Below the pieces are notes generated by a model. The model was not told where the DNA came from. It saw only the letters and a list, made by a program, of their open reading frames with translations, and did not search any database. Position numbers and translations under genes: made by a program. Of a DNA stretch of 64,000 nucleotides, positions 1 through 10,690 are shown piece by piece. This stretch comes from Sediminibacterium sp. (GTDB lineage: Bacteria > Bacteroidota > Bacteroidia > Chitinophagales > Chitinophagaceae), in NCBI RefSeq assembly GCF_051860225.1, contig NZ_JBHYEI010000001.1:1174-65173 (forward strand), in the 5' to 3' direction. Numbering within the stretch: position 1 is the stretch's first letter; the number at the start of each line of letters is the position of its first letter.

Positions 1-804
1 TATGCCTCTTTGATTAATTGATTTAGGTTCAATAAATGTTGAATTAGCAGTTAAATTATTGAAATCAATTGCTGGGGCGATGGCAGAATCTAAATTCCCC
101 AAAATTACTTGAAATTCAAAATTACCTAGTTTGGTTTGAATGGGTTTGATTGAATTTAAGGTCAAATGCATAAACCCAGGTGCATTATTCGTCAATAAAA
201 GACTATTTCTTATACCTGGCCCCCACCAAAGATTTTCTGTTGACAGGCCAAATGAAAAATTTTTTGAATTGAGACGAACAGAAGATTGTCCCCAGTATAA
301 TTTTTTAAACGGCTGGGTGCCAATTCGTGTTCCATTATCTACTTTATTTCGAACATACCAATAGAAGTTTCTACGGTAGTTAACGTCATTTACATCATCA
401 ACAAAAGGGCTTGAATTTAAATTTTGTCCTTGAACCAACTCGGGTTGTAAATGAATACTAATTAGTCCCCAGTTAAATTGAGCACCAATGCTTGCTTTAT
501 GTTGCAAACCAACATTGGGTAAAAAATTGCCATCGTTAAAGCTTATGGGTAAATTATTATTGTGTTGAATTCCATAACCTGCGAATAACCATTGGATTTG
601 GGGTTTCTTTGTAACTTGCTCATTTGAGATTTTACTCCAATTATTCTTTGCGAACCGAATGGCATAAGATTGATATGTTAAACTATCATTATTCAATAAA
701 GCTTCTAATCTTTTCTGCTCTTGTATGCCCATATCTAATTGCCAAAGCTGCGCAGGAGCAATTGACTGTAGGGAAATAAAAAATAAAATAAGGAGATATC
801 GCAT
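1..804 (-). CDS. Capsule assembly Wzi-family outer-membrane protein, paralog 2 (3' end runs off the window; missing from the ORF track)
   Basis: Manual translation from ATG at 804 is open to base 1: MRYLLILFFISLQSIAPAQ...LYWGQSSVRLNSKKFSFGLSTENLWWGPGIRNSLLLTNNAPGF. It shares the WGQSS/STENLWWGPG/NNAPGF motifs with the 806..2377 protein. Confidence 0.85.
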   Translation of the reverse strand, partial: MRYLLILFFISLQSIAPAQLWQLDMGIQEQKRLEALLNNDSLTYQSYAIRFAKNNWSKISNEQVTKKPQIQWLFAGYGIQHNNNLPISFNDGNFLPNVGLQHKASIGAQFNWGLISIHLQPELVQGQNLNSSPFVDDVNDVNYRRNFYWYVRNKVDNGTRIGTQPFKKLYWGQSSVRLNSKNFSFGLSTENLWWGPGIRNSLLLTNNAPGFMHLTLNSIKPIQTKLGNFEFQVILGNLDSAIAPAIDFNNLTANSTFIEPKSINQRGI

Positions 805-805
805 A

Positions 806-2377
806 TTAAGGCAGAATGTAAAGACAGTTTAATTGTAAAAATAAATTCCCCTGATTCCCTCTTTCCCATCCATAATTATTAGAATGTACCCAATGAGCTT
901 CACCGTTTAAAATCAAGGATTTAACTCTTTTCTGAAATAAGAATCCAAAATCATAATCATTCCAAATGATATTTCGCATACCAAGAGTAGATAAATTACT
1001 TAAGATTAAACCTTTAGGATCTTGTTTTATTCTTTGCAACTTAAGTCCAAAATAATTTAACAGCTTTATTTTTTTAATTAATAGAGTTTGTACATTATTT
1101 CCAAAACCACTACCAGCTCCCATAATTTGGTTCTGATGAGTATAGCCTTGGCGAATTATAGCATGTGTATACCAATTACCTCCATTTCTAATGATATATC
1201 CAGGATTTTGAGCCATATTCACGATTTCTGATGATACATCTAAAATAGATTGATCTTTGAGTTTAATCATTTTTTTAAATCCAGCTAAAAAAGCATTTGC
1301 ATGACTAGAATTTGCAGTAAGATCTCTTATATTCTGTTTGAAATCATTATAGCCGTATTCAAAGTAAAATTCAGTTTTTTGAGTTGGCATTATCCAACGA
1401 CCAAAAACTCCTACACCTCCATCATTAATGGCAGCTCCCCTAATATTTTCACTTGCCGATTCGTATGTTAGTGCAGGTAAATACCTCTTAAAAAAACCAC
1501 CCAGTCGTGTTTCTTGAACAGATAGGTACAATTGCTCAAAACGAATCAACCCGAAGAATATATTTTCCATCCATTTGGGCTGATAGGTTATTACAAATGC
1601 ATTAAAATACCGGGGCTCATTTTTAGCTGGAGTACTTTTTAAATAATTACTTTCGAAAGCCAAGCTGGTATCTTCGTTCAGTTGTCCTACAATCAATTGC
1701 CATTCAAAATTACCCATCCAAGTTTTTATTGGCTTTCTAGTATTAAAAGTAACGTGCTTAAAACCAGGCGCATTATTACTCATAAATAAAGAACTAAATT
1801 GTCCAGGGCCCCACCATAAATTTTCAGTAGAAATGCCTAATGATAGAGACTTCGTATTTAATCTAATAGATGATTGTCCCCAATAACTTTTTGACAATGG
1901 CTTATTACTATTGAAGCCAAAGCCAGTGGTAGTTTGATAATTTTGTGGATTAATATGATAATATTCTGGTTGTAATTGCACACTCAACGGACCGACCTTC
2001 CAGAAAAAACCAGCACTAAAAGATTGCTGGAACCCTCGGACCATTCTCATTCCAGCATCGTTCCAACCAAAAGGATGATGACTATTGAACTTGGTATTCC
2101 ATGAAATAGGTAATAATTGAATTTTTTTCGAATTAGATTTTAATAGAATATTCGAATCAGCAAAATTTAGAACTTTCAACATGTTAACTGAATCACTAAA
2201 CACTATTGGCCTAATAGTTAAAGAAGAATTTGGATTTAATTGCCCCAATAGTTGAAGTGAACGTAAATTTGTTTCAGAAACTAATTGGCCTACAGGAATT
2301 GATTGGGTTATCCCATTCTTTATTAGCAAAGAAAAGAAAACAAAAATGAGTAACCTTCTAAAAGCAATATGTATCAA
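806..2377 (-). CDS. Capsule assembly Wzi-family outer-membrane beta-barrel protein
   Basis: Signal peptide; motifs YWGQSSIRL, STENLWWGPG, NNAPGF, GAGSGFG; polysaccharide-locus context. TTG start. Confidence 0.8.
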   Translation of the reverse strand: MIHIAFRRLLIFVFFSLLIKNGITQSIPVGQLVSETNLRSLQLLGQLNPNSSLTIRPIVFSDSVNMLKVLNFADSNILLKSNSKKIQLLPISWNTKFNSHHPFGWNDAGMRMVRGFQQSFSAGFFWKVGPLSVQLQPEYYHINPQNYQTTTGFGFNSNKPLSKSYWGQSSIRLNTKSLSLGISTENLWWGPGQFSSLFMSNNAPGFKHVTFNTRKPIKTWMGNFEWQLIVGQLNEDTSLAFESNYLKSTPAKNEPRYFNAFVITYQPKWMENIFFGLIRFEQLYLSVQETRLGGFFKRYLPALTYESASENIRGAAINDGGVGVFGRWIMPTQKTEFYFEYGYNDFKQNIRDLTANSSHANAFLAGFKKMIKLKDQSILDVSSEIVNMAQNPGYIIRNGGNWYTHAIIRQGYTHQNQIMGAGSGFGNNVQTLLIKKIKLLNYFGLKLQRIKQDPKGLILSNLSTLGMRNIIWNDYDFGFLFQKRVKSLILNGEAHWVHSNNYGWERGNQGNLFLQLNCLYILP

Positions 2378-2881
2378 AATAATTTTTTCAAAATTTTATA
2401 AATAAATGTAAAAAATAAATCACAAAAAAAAATTGATTTAATTAATGAATATCCAACTTATTATTTTCAATTTAATATAGATTTAAATTTTAAATTACTT
2501 CACACTCAAGAGTTATTCTACCTTCATATATGATTCATGAACAGTAAGTGCCCGTGCTTGAGCCTAGTTAGCCCAAAGGAAAAAATTTCAGTTTAGGTGG
2601 AAGTATCACAATTAATGCTGATAAAAGTTCTAAAAATGTTTCAAATACGTTCTTACAAAATCCTTCTTGGTACATTTAAAAAAATCGAAAGATTCATTAA
2701 AGTAGATAATTAAAATCAAAAGTTCAATTGATAAATAGTAGAAATAAAGAATCAAAACTTCTTCACTTTAATGGATTTGGTTTTCACTAATAATTCTCAT
2801 TAAAAAGTAATTAATAATTCAGTTCAAGTAATATAATGATGAATTAACTGCTAATTAATTAATGCTTGCCGTTGTTTACAA

Positions 2882-3742
2882 TTAATGAAGAATCCATTTA
2901 TTTACTAAAATCCTATTGGCATGGTCTTCATTGCTATTATACCAATGTTTAGGTGCAATAGTGATAGCATCTGATTGTCTATTTAAATAAGCTGGCCACC
3001 AACTAAAAGTACTATTAGCAATTATATAATGTTTACATAATGTCATCAAGTAGAACTCTAAAATATCATCATCCGTATCTGAATCATTCAAAACTAAAAT
3101 AATATTGGAGGAATTAGAAAAATTTTCTTTTAACCATAGCTTATCATCCGAAAACAAGAAAAAAACAGGGTTCGAAACCTTTCCAAGGATGATTTCCATA
3201 GATAACTTATAATATTTCATATTAAGTGAAATATGATAGTCACTACTTAAATAATCGCCTCTTCTAACGTGAACAGCAACTCCATTCGGTGTTGTTGAAA
3301 TTAACTGATAAAAAACATTTTTTTTGAATTTATCTGTATTAAAAAAAGAGAAACGAAACTGATTTTCCTTCCTTAAATAATCTAAGAATTCTAAGTTTTG
3401 CCAATAACCATCATAAAGTTCATACTCAACTATATTATCTTTTAAATAATAAGAATGATTTTCAACTATAATTTTATTAGAAAAGTATGGAAAAAGTAGC
3501 AAAAACTTTCGGTTGATTCTATAAAATTTATTGAAATAATATGGGTATTTTTCTAATTTATTATTATAGTCATTTTGACTAAAATCAAGATCTAAAAAGG
3601 AATTAAGCTTTTCAGGTATTTCTGGCACCCCAAGAGCATTTAAATAAATTACTGAAACATTCGTTTTATGATTCAAATATTGTCCAAAGTAATATTGAAA
3701 AAGCTGATTACCAATCCCCCCCCAAATTTTAACGAGTTTCAT
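2882..3742 (-). CDS. Alpha-1,2-fucosyltransferase-like glycosyltransferase (GT11)
   Basis: GGIGNQLFQY, YDGYWQ, HVRRGDY and IIANSTFSWW are GT11 signature motifs. Confidence 0.9.
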   Translation of the reverse strand: MKLVKIWGGIGNQLFQYYFGQYLNHKTNVSVIYLNALGVPEIPEKLNSFLDLDFSQNDYNNKLEKYPYYFNKFYRINRKFLLLFPYFSNKIIVENHSYYLKDNIVEYELYDGYWQNLEFLDYLRKENQFRFSFFNTDKFKKNVFYQLISTTPNGVAVHVRRGDYLSSDYHISLNMKYYKLSMEIILGKVSNPVFFLFSDDKLWLKENFSNSSNIILVLNDSDTDDDILEFYLMTLCKHYIIANSTFSWWPAYLNRQSDAITIAPKHWYNSNEDHANRILVNKWILH

Positions 3743-4632
3743 TTAGAATAAAAAATTAATTTAAGTTGCAACTCTAACTCTTTCAAAAAAGTGAATATAT
3801 TAGTAAAAAATGGACTTATATCCAAATATTTATTGAAAAAATATGCTTCACTGTTATATTTAATTCTCTCCATAGCAGGATTATAATTTTTCAAGCTTGA
3901 ACCTGTCGAAGCTCCTTGCATATGTTTAATTTGAACAAATCCATTTAATAAACAACAAGCACCATAATTTTGAATTTGTTTTGCCAAAATCATTTCCTCG
4001 AAATATAAGAATACGTTTTCATCTAAATATTTATTTATCCTCATAAAATCGGAACTGACAATAAAAGCAGCTCCGTTGATAGAATCACAAATCAAATACT
4101 TATTTTCAAAAGGCATTTGGCTTTGATAGATAAGAGAATTTGTAAAAAATGGAGTAAGCCATTTGAACAAACTGAAACTAAGCAAATACATTAAAAAAGG
4201 TGATAAAAGTTTCCTTACTTGAATTTGCCTTCCAATTGGTTTTGAATTACTTAGAGTATTTACAAGAGGAGACTGAGCCACAACAGGAATAAAACTATAT
4301 TTATTGAAACCATCTACTAATTTTTGAATTAAAAAAAAATCATCTATCTGCAAATCACTATTTAAAATAAAAAATAAATCAGGCAGAAATCCAGAATTAT
4401 ATTTCATTCCCAAATTATTCCCGCCTGAATAGCCAAGGTTAGAATTAGATTGAATAAAGTAAACTGAAGCTGGTAATGATGAACTTAAAAGTTGCTTATC
4501 ATTATTATTGCTATTATTATCAACAACAATAATTTCTAAATTATTATATTTTTGTAATAACAAACTATTAACTAAGGCTAAAGTAAGAGTAGCAGTATTA
4601 TAATTTAAAACAATTGTTCTAACTCTAAGCAT
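3739..4632 (-). CDS. GT2 family glycosyltransferase
   Basis: IVLNYN, IIVVDNNS, NLGYSGGNN, ILNSD, DENVFLYFEE. Confidence 0.88.
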   Translation of the reverse strand: MLRVRTIVLNYNTATLTLALVNSLLLQKYNNLEIIVVDNNSNNNDKQLLSSSLPASVYFIQSNSNLGYSGGNNLGMKYNSGFLPDLFFILNSDLQIDDFFLIQKLVDGFNKYSFIPVVAQSPLVNTLSNSKPIGRQIQVRKLLSPFLMYLLSFSLFKWLTPFFTNSLIYQSQMPFENKYLICDSINGAAFIVSSDFMRINKYLDENVFLYFEEMILAKQIQNYGACCLLNGFVQIKHMQGASTGSSLKNYNPAMERIKYNSEAYFFNKYLDISPFFTNIFTFLKELELQLKLIFYSK

Positions 4633-4690
4633 TTATTCCAATAAAAAATTTCTTGTACTCTAATTAAAACTAGATGAAAGATGTAATATT

Positions 4691-5257
4691 TTATTTTTTT
4701 GCAGGATCACCTGAACCAAAACCTAAGACAGTCAAGAGTATGTATTTAAAATAATTACGTATTGAAAAGTTTTCTATCATTTTAACATCTAATTCAACTA
4801 ATCTCTTAGTTTTAGACATGTCTATTTTATTGATTTGAGCCAACCCAGTTATTCCAGGCTTTACAACGTAAACTCCAAATTTTAATCTTTCTTCAATTAA
4901 TTCTATTTGATTAAATAAACTTGGTCGTGGGCCTACAAAACTCATTTCGCCAATTAAAACATTCCAAAGTTGTGGCAATTCATCTAACTTATTTGCACGT
5001 AAAAATTTACCATATTTAGTAATTGAACTTGGGTCAACTAGATGGGTGGCAATAGATTCTGTACTTATATGCATAGTCCGGAATTTTAATAAAAAAAAAG
5101 GTTTCATATTTTTTCCAACTCGCTTTTGACTAAATAATGGTAATCTAGAATATCTAAACCCAACAATAAAGAGAATAAAAAGAATTGGGCTCAGAAATAT
5201 AAGCCCTAATAAAGAAAAAATTATGTCGCAAATTCTTATCATGTAGAATTTAAGCAT
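4691..5257 (-). CDS. Small monotopic phosphoglycosyl (bacterial sugar) transferase
   Basis: KFRTM, LDELPQLWNVLIGEMSFVGPRP, KPGITGLAQ. Confidence 0.9.
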   Translation of the reverse strand: MLKFYMIRICDIIFSLLGLIFLSPILFILFIVGFRYSRLPLFSQKRVGKNMKPFFLLKFRTMHISTESIATHLVDPSSITKYGKFLRANKLDELPQLWNVLIGEMSFVGPRPSLFNQIELIEERLKFGVYVVKPGITGLAQINKIDMSKTKRLVELDVKMIENFSIRNYFKYILLTVLGFGSGDPAKK

Positions 5258-5273
5258 TTATTAAAACATGATG

Positions 5274-7706
5274 TTACCTTGTTGTATTTAAAATTCCTAT
5301 AATAATTGCCCCTAAACCAACTACACTACTGCTAATTCCCATAATTTCAGCAATACTTAAAGGCTTTTTATATCTTTTAACCGGAACATATAATTCTGCA
5401 CCAGGAACTAATCTTGGGTATGTTCTAAAAAATATATAGCTATTCGCTGTTCTGATTTTTCCGTCAGGATAAAGAATATAAGATCCTCCTCTGTTGGCAT
5501 TTTCAGCAAAACCACCAGATTCCTTTACTAGTTTTCTAGTACTTAGGCCCTGGTAAAAATTTACTTTCTTTTGAATATTCACCCCACCAAAAGCCTGCAC
5601 TGATACAGGTGTTTTAGGAATAGTAATCATATCGCCTTCCTCTAAAATAATATCGTCAGATGATCCTGGATTAGCAAGAGCTTTTTGCAAATTTACCGAC
5701 ATCAAAACCTTTTCTTTAGATAAAGTGCTATCTAAAAATTTTTTAGTTAAAGTATCATTACTTAGTTGTTTGGATAGTGATTTTTTAATCTCTAATACTT
5801 CGCCTTTTAAAGCTGCCTGATAAGTATTTCTTAAGAAATAACCAGAAGAAAGTGATCCTGTATTTAAAATACCACCCGCTCTTGCAAATAAATCACTTAC
5901 ACGGTCTTTCTTGGTATTGAGTAAATAAGTACCTGGGAATAACACTTCACCATTGATTGTTACAGAACCGGCGGCTTGATTACGTGGCAAGTTTTTCACA
6001 TTTACAACATCATAAGGCTCTAATTCTATTGAAGCTTGACCATTAAGTAGAGCCAAACTATCCTTTAAATTAAATTTTAATATAATATTATAAACACTTG
6101 TATCACTTAATGTAGCATCATTTCTGATTCTGCGTAGTACTTCAACTTCTTTAAAGGATGCACGATCTCTTAATCCTCCGGCTAATAAAATTAAATCTTC
6201 TAAACGTAATCCTATTGCATGTGAAAAAGTGCCAGGATTATTTAATTCACCAGTAATAGTAACAATTGCTTTTTCCTTAAGTTCTACTTTATTATAAACA
6301 TGTAGCGAATCGTCATTACGAAGAGTTAATTTTAAATCTGAGCTATTGTTTAAATTAATGGCAGTGATAATAGTATCTTTACTTTCATTTGTTCTAAAAA
6401 GTAGGGCACGATTAGAAAACGCGTTTTCTTTTAGTTGAGCAGCTTTCAATAAATCTCCTATAGTAGGGTAGACAGTATTTGAATAACTATTGGGATAATA
6501 GACAGCCCCAGCAATTACAACCCGATTTTCAAAACGTTTAGGAATGGCGCCTACAAAGATTGAATCAGAACTCTTCAAATGAAATGTGTTAATATTTTTA
6601 TACTCTACATTTAATATAGACTTTCCCAGCTCTCCTAATCTTTGAATAGTAATCTGATTTCTGTTAGCATTATCTTCAAATCCAGTAGCATATTTTTCAA
6701 TAACGGTACCTAAGCTTTCACCCGACTCAGACTCATATATTGCTGGTCTCTTCACAGCACCTGTAAGTGCTAAACGAACTGCATAGGGGTGAATCTTAAT
6801 GATGTCATCATCTTTAAGTAACAGATTTTTTGTAAGATCTCCATTCAACAAAAAATCATATAAATCGAAGGTTACTAGTCTTTTGCCATTTCTAATTAAG
6901 TCAATTTTTCTAAAAGAGCCATTGTTTGACGGGCCACCAGAAGCATAGAGGGCATTGGCTAAGGTAGATAATGAGGACATTTCATAAGTACCTGGTTGAT
7001 TCACTTCCCCTATTAGAGTTACACGTATACTTCTGATTTGCCCTAAACTGATTTGTAAGAATGTGTTGCCATTGTTTAATCCAGGATAGGTTTTGGCCAG
7101 TACCGATTTTAATTTAATCTTGGCTTCTTCAATGGTTAATCCTGAAATAAGAACTGGTCCAATATTAGGGATTCGGATTTGGCCCTCGGTATTAATCTTG
7201 TATTTTGATGTTTTTTCAGAGAAGCCGAATATATCGATAGCTAATTCGTCATCTACCCCTAAAACATAGTTACTTGGGGTAGCTATACGCATATTAGGTT
7301 CGAAAGTAAGGTTGGCATTGGAGAAAAATTCTGACCCAAAAATTTTCAAGCCTTCTTTTTCTTCCTTTTTAAACTCATTCTTAATATTAAGAGGCTTTCT
7401 AGATTCATATGTAACATTGCTGGTCTTTTTATCTCCAATTGAACCTAAATTTAAGGATGCCATCCTTGCTTTTATTTGTGCAATTTGTGCAGCACTAAGC
7501 CCTCGTTCCTTTGCTTTTGTTTCTAGTTCAGATTCAGATAGTCCGCTAAGTTGTGCTTGTTGTATGTAAGATTGAAATTGTGCATCAGTTAAGGCATTTA
7601 TATTTATACTTGTTAACTGTGGCCCACTAGGTAATTGAGCTATTGTCAATTGGCTAGCAAAAAAAAGAAAAGCAATAAGGACAAATTTAATCAAAATTTT
7701 ATACAT
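5274..7706 (-). CDS. Polysaccharide export protein, Wza/KpsD-like with multiple SLBB domains
   Basis: FEPNMRIATPSNYVLGVDDEL, GEVNQPGTY, ALYASGGP, repeated SLBB units. Start moved from 7880 to ATG 7706 (MYKILIKF signal peptide); 7715 is also possible. Confidence 0.88.
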   Translation of the reverse strand: MYKILIKFVLIAFLFFASQLTIAQLPSGPQLTSININALTDAQFQSYIQQAQLSGLSESELETKAKERGLSAAQIAQIKARMASLNLGSIGDKKTSNVTYESRKPLNIKNEFKKEEKEGLKIFGSEFFSNANLTFEPNMRIATPSNYVLGVDDELAIDIFGFSEKTSKYKINTEGQIRIPNIGPVLISGLTIEEAKIKLKSVLAKTYPGLNNGNTFLQISLGQIRSIRVTLIGEVNQPGTYEMSSLSTLANALYASGGPSNNGSFRKIDLIRNGKRLVTFDLYDFLLNGDLTKNLLLKDDDIIKIHPYAVRLALTGAVKRPAIYESESGESLGTVIEKYATGFEDNANRNQITIQRLGELGKSILNVEYKNINTFHLKSSDSIFVGAIPKRFENRVVIAGAVYYPNSYSNTVYPTIGDLLKAAQLKENAFSNRALLFRTNESKDTIITAINLNNSSDLKLTLRNDDSLHVYNKVELKEKAIVTITGELNNPGTFSHAIGLRLEDLILLAGGLRDRASFKEVEVLRRIRNDATLSDTSVYNIILKFNLKDSLALLNGQASIELEPYDVVNVKNLPRNQAAGSVTINGEVLFPGTYLLNTKKDRVSDLFARAGGILNTGSLSSGYFLRNTYQAALKGEVLEIKKSLSKQLSNDTLTKKFLDSTLSKEKVLMSVNLQKALANPGSSDDIILEEGDMITIPKTPVSVQAFGGVNIQKKVNFYQGLSTRKLVKESGGFAENANRGGSYILYPDGKIRTANSYIFFRTYPRLVPGAELYVPVKRYKKPLSIAEIMGISSSVVGLGAIIIGILNTTR

Positions 7707-8092
7707 GTGAAACATATGTTTGACAACTATTTTATATTCGCGGGGATGGTAGGCTTTGTTACTTGAACAGTACACAAATATAATACTAAAAATAAATTTA
7801 TTCAAATTTACTAATGTTGAAGTTGAATACAAAAAAGTCCCCCCCCCAATTACAGTGTTTTTATAGGTAAATAAACTCACAATTTAGAAAAAGGCGAATT
7901 TTATTAATTAAGTACTATATAATTTTAAAAATAAATTTACCAAGAATGCATCAAAATTCTAAATGAAATATAAAACAAGAATTTTATTATAATTAGTTGT
8001 AGACTCAGCAATATTAAAAACCCCTAATTCCAATATGAATAATAAGTTATTGTTGAGAATCAGCCATATTTAACTAAAGAATAAACCTTAGA

Positions 8093-9289
8093 TTACATTA
8101 TTTTAAATAACCTTGACAAAACTTCAAAAATTCGATCAAAATCCGAATCAGTCAAATTACTCCCACTAGGCAAACATAACCCATTACCGAAAAATCTTTC
8201 ACAAATACCTGACCCATAAAACTGCTTATTTCGATAGATTGGTTGTAAGTGCAACGGCTTCCAAAGCGGTCTACACTCAATATTTTCTTTCAGGAATTCC
8301 TTTTGTATAATTTCGATTGTTAGATTATTACTATTTTCTTTATCCAATATAAAAGCTGTTAACCAAAAATTTGAATAAAATTGGTTATTGGGTTCAGAAT
8401 GCATTTTTACACATGCTATATCCTTGAAAAACTCGCGATAACGCAAATTATTGGCTCTCCTTTGAGCAACTCTTTCATCAAGAACTTGGATTTGTCCTCT
8501 CCCAATAGATGCTATAATGTTACTCATTCGATAATTATACCCAATTTGAGAATGTTGATAGTGTATTGCTGGATCTCTTGCTTGCGTGCTTAAAAATCTA
8601 GCACTGTTAACATATTGATTATTTTTAGAAACTAATGCACCACCTGAACTCGTTGTAATGATTTTATTCCCATTAAAACTTAAAATAGCCATATCACCAA
8701 AACTGCCACAGCTTAAACCGCCATATTTTGAACCCAATGATTCAGCAGCATCTTCAATAATCGGTATATGATAAGTTTGGCTAATCTTGCTAATTTCATT
8801 CATTTTAGCTGGCATACCATATAAGTGAACTGGAACAATAGCTTTTATATACCCTTTCCCATTTTGGGGTTTAATTTGATTAGCAATACCATAACCTTGT
8901 TTTGTCAAATCTTTAATTGAATTTTCCAAATAAATTGGATCCATGTTCCATGTTTCTTCTTCAGAGTCTATAAATACAATTTCAGCTCCTTGATAAATCA
9001 CTGGATTAGCTGTTGCGCAAAAAGTAAAACTTTGAACAATCACTACATCTTTGGGACCAACTCCAAGAATTACCATAGCTAAGTGTAATGCGGAAGTTCC
9101 TGATGATAAAACAGCAGTTGTAATTTTAGATTCAGAGAACTCAGTTAAATATGCAGATATATCTTCTTCAAAGGCATTTACACTAGGTCCTACTGGTGCA
9201 ATCCAATTATCATTGAATGCTTCATTAATAAAATTTATTTCATCTCCACTCATATGAGGAGAAGAAAGCCAAATTTTTTGTTTATTCAT
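8093..9289 (-). CDS. DegT/DnrJ/EryC1/StrS PLP sugar aminotransferase (PglE/EpsN-like)
   Basis: WLSSPHM, LSSGTSALHLA, VHLYG, IEDAAESLG, SFNGNKIITTSSGG, GYNYRM. Confidence 0.92.
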   Translation of the reverse strand: MNKQKIWLSSPHMSGDEINFINEAFNDNWIAPVGPSVNAFEEDISAYLTEFSESKITTAVLSSGTSALHLAMVILGVGPKDVVIVQSFTFCATANPVIYQGAEIVFIDSEEETWNMDPIYLENSIKDLTKQGYGIANQIKPQNGKGYIKAIVPVHLYGMPAKMNEISKISQTYHIPIIEDAAESLGSKYGGLSCGSFGDMAILSFNGNKIITTSSGGALVSKNNQYVNSARFLSTQARDPAIHYQHSQIGYNYRMSNIIASIGRGQIQVLDERVAQRRANNLRYREFFKDIACVKMHSEPNNQFYSNFWLTAFILDKENSNNLTIEIIQKEFLKENIECRPLWKPLHLQPIYRNKQFYGSGICERFFGNGLCLPSGSNLTDSDFDRIFEVLSRLFKIM

Positions 9290-9321
9290 AAATTACGGGG
9301 AGGGATATACATTGATAACTT

Positions 9322-9936
9322 TTAATCATTGCCCATGAACTCTTTCATGGTTATATTATCAGATTGATTAATATTTTTTCTGAGAAGAATATTCTTAATA
9401 GTCATTATCAATATTTTAAAATCTAAATAAAAGCTTAAATTATTCACATAAAAAACATCAAGTTTAAACTTTTGTTCCCAAGAAATAGCATTTCTACCAT
9501 TGACTTGTGCCCAACCTGTGATGCCCGGTTTAACCAAATGACGCTTATTTTGTTCGGGCGAGTACCTTTCAAGATACTGCATCAATAATGGTCTTGGCCC
9601 CACCAAACTCATATCGCCTCTTAATACATTAATTAACTGAAGTGTCTCATCCAAAGAAGTTGACCTAATAAAACGTCCAAATTTTGTTATTCGCATTTCA
9701 TCTGGCAAAGGATTTCCTTCATTATCAAAAGAATCAACCATTGTTTTAAATTTGATAATTTTAAAAGGTTTTGAGTTCAACCCTGGTCTAGTCTGTACAA
9801 AGAAAACATTTCCGTTATTACTTACTATTAATAATAATATTATTAATAGTAAAATCGGAGAAAGTATTAATAAAAGAGTAAAGGCCGCTATGAAATCAAA
9901 AAAAAATTTAAAAAAATTAGAATATATATTGCCCAT
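9322..9936 (-). CDS. PglC/EpsL-like phosphoglycosyl transferase
   Basis: KFKTM, SLDETLQLINVLRGDMSLVGPRPLL, KPGITGWAQVNGRN. Confidence 0.9.
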   Translation of the reverse strand: MGNIYSNFFKFFFDFIAAFTLLLILSPILLLIILLLIVSNNGNVFFVQTRPGLNSKPFKIIKFKTMVDSFDNEGNPLPDEMRITKFGRFIRSTSLDETLQLINVLRGDMSLVGPRPLLMQYLERYSPEQNKRHLVKPGITGWAQVNGRNAISWEQKFKLDVFYVNNLSFYLDFKILIMTIKNILLRKNINQSDNITMKEFMGND

Positions 9937-10131
9937 ATAAAATGAAGTATATTAAAAACTCTTTGATTAAATTCTACAAAGCATTACTCAAATATTGTTT
10001 GATTTAAAATAGCTTCGCTACTCTCAGACACAAATTTGCACCCAAGTTGATTCTCAAAATCTATATATATCAGAGATATTGGGAAGCACAATCAGAGGAG
10101 GTGTAATGTGCTATAATTTATTAAGAATAAG

Positions 10132-10139
10132 CAAATATA
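10132..10139 (-). promoter_or_regulatory. Bacteroidetes -7 promoter element (TATATTTG) upstream of the pglC/pglE-like genes
   Basis: Matches the TAnnTTTG consensus in the intergenic gap, oriented toward 9936. No -33 element identified. Confidence 0.45.
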
Positions 10140-10209
10140 ACAAAGAGTTATAAAAATTAAAAAGAAATTAATTTTTAACCTAAAATGTTAGAAACTAGTG
10201 AGATGAATA

Positions 10210-10683
10210 TTAGATTTTATTCAACAAACAAACAGCATGTGCTACCAAACCCTCTTCTCTCCCAACAAATCCCATTGTTTCTGTAGTAGTAGCTTTAATG
10301 GAAATATCCTTTACACCGATCCCTAAAATGGATGCAATGGCTTCCTGCATAGCAGGGATATAGGGCTTTATTTTAGGCTTTTCTAAGCAAAGGGAGGCGT
10401 CAATATTCACAATACTATAGCCTTCAGTTGTAATTAGTTCTTTTACTCGGGCGAGTAATATTTTACTATCAATATTTTTGAATTCATTGGAAGTGTCAGG
10501 AAAATGTACACCAATATCGCCTAAACAGGCTGCTCCTAACAATGCATCACAAATAGCATGCAATAACACATCAGCGTCACTATGGCCCAATGCACCCTTG
10601 GTATGTGGGATGGTAACACCGCCAATCACTAAATCCCTACCCTCCACCAACTGGTGAAAATCTATCCCATAACCAATCCGCAT
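10210..10683 (-). CDS. ispF: 2-C-methyl-D-erythritol 2,4-cyclodiphosphate synthase
   Basis: [43 protein letters not shown]. Start set at ATG 10683. Confidence 0.96.
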   Translation of the reverse strand: MRIGYGIDFHQLVEGRDLVIGGVTIPHTKGALGHSDADVLLHAICDALLGAACLGDIGVHFPDTSNEFKNIDSKILLARVKELITTEGYSIVNIDASLCLEKPKIKPYIPAMQEAIASILGIGVKDISIKATTTETMGFVGREEGLVAHAVCLLNKI

Positions 10684-10690
10684 AGCTAAC

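Noticed and set aside
140-364. Short + strand ORF, and the many other 60-140 aa ORFs antisense to or overlapping real genes
   Set aside because: They are shadows of well-supported genes on the other strand or frame and carry no recognisable motifs. This one lies antisense to the Wzi paralog.
2400-2870. Possible gene remnant in the GT11-Wzi gap (e.g. PKGKNFSLGGSITINADK...)
   Set aside because: Short frames with no recognisable family, so I could not support a call.
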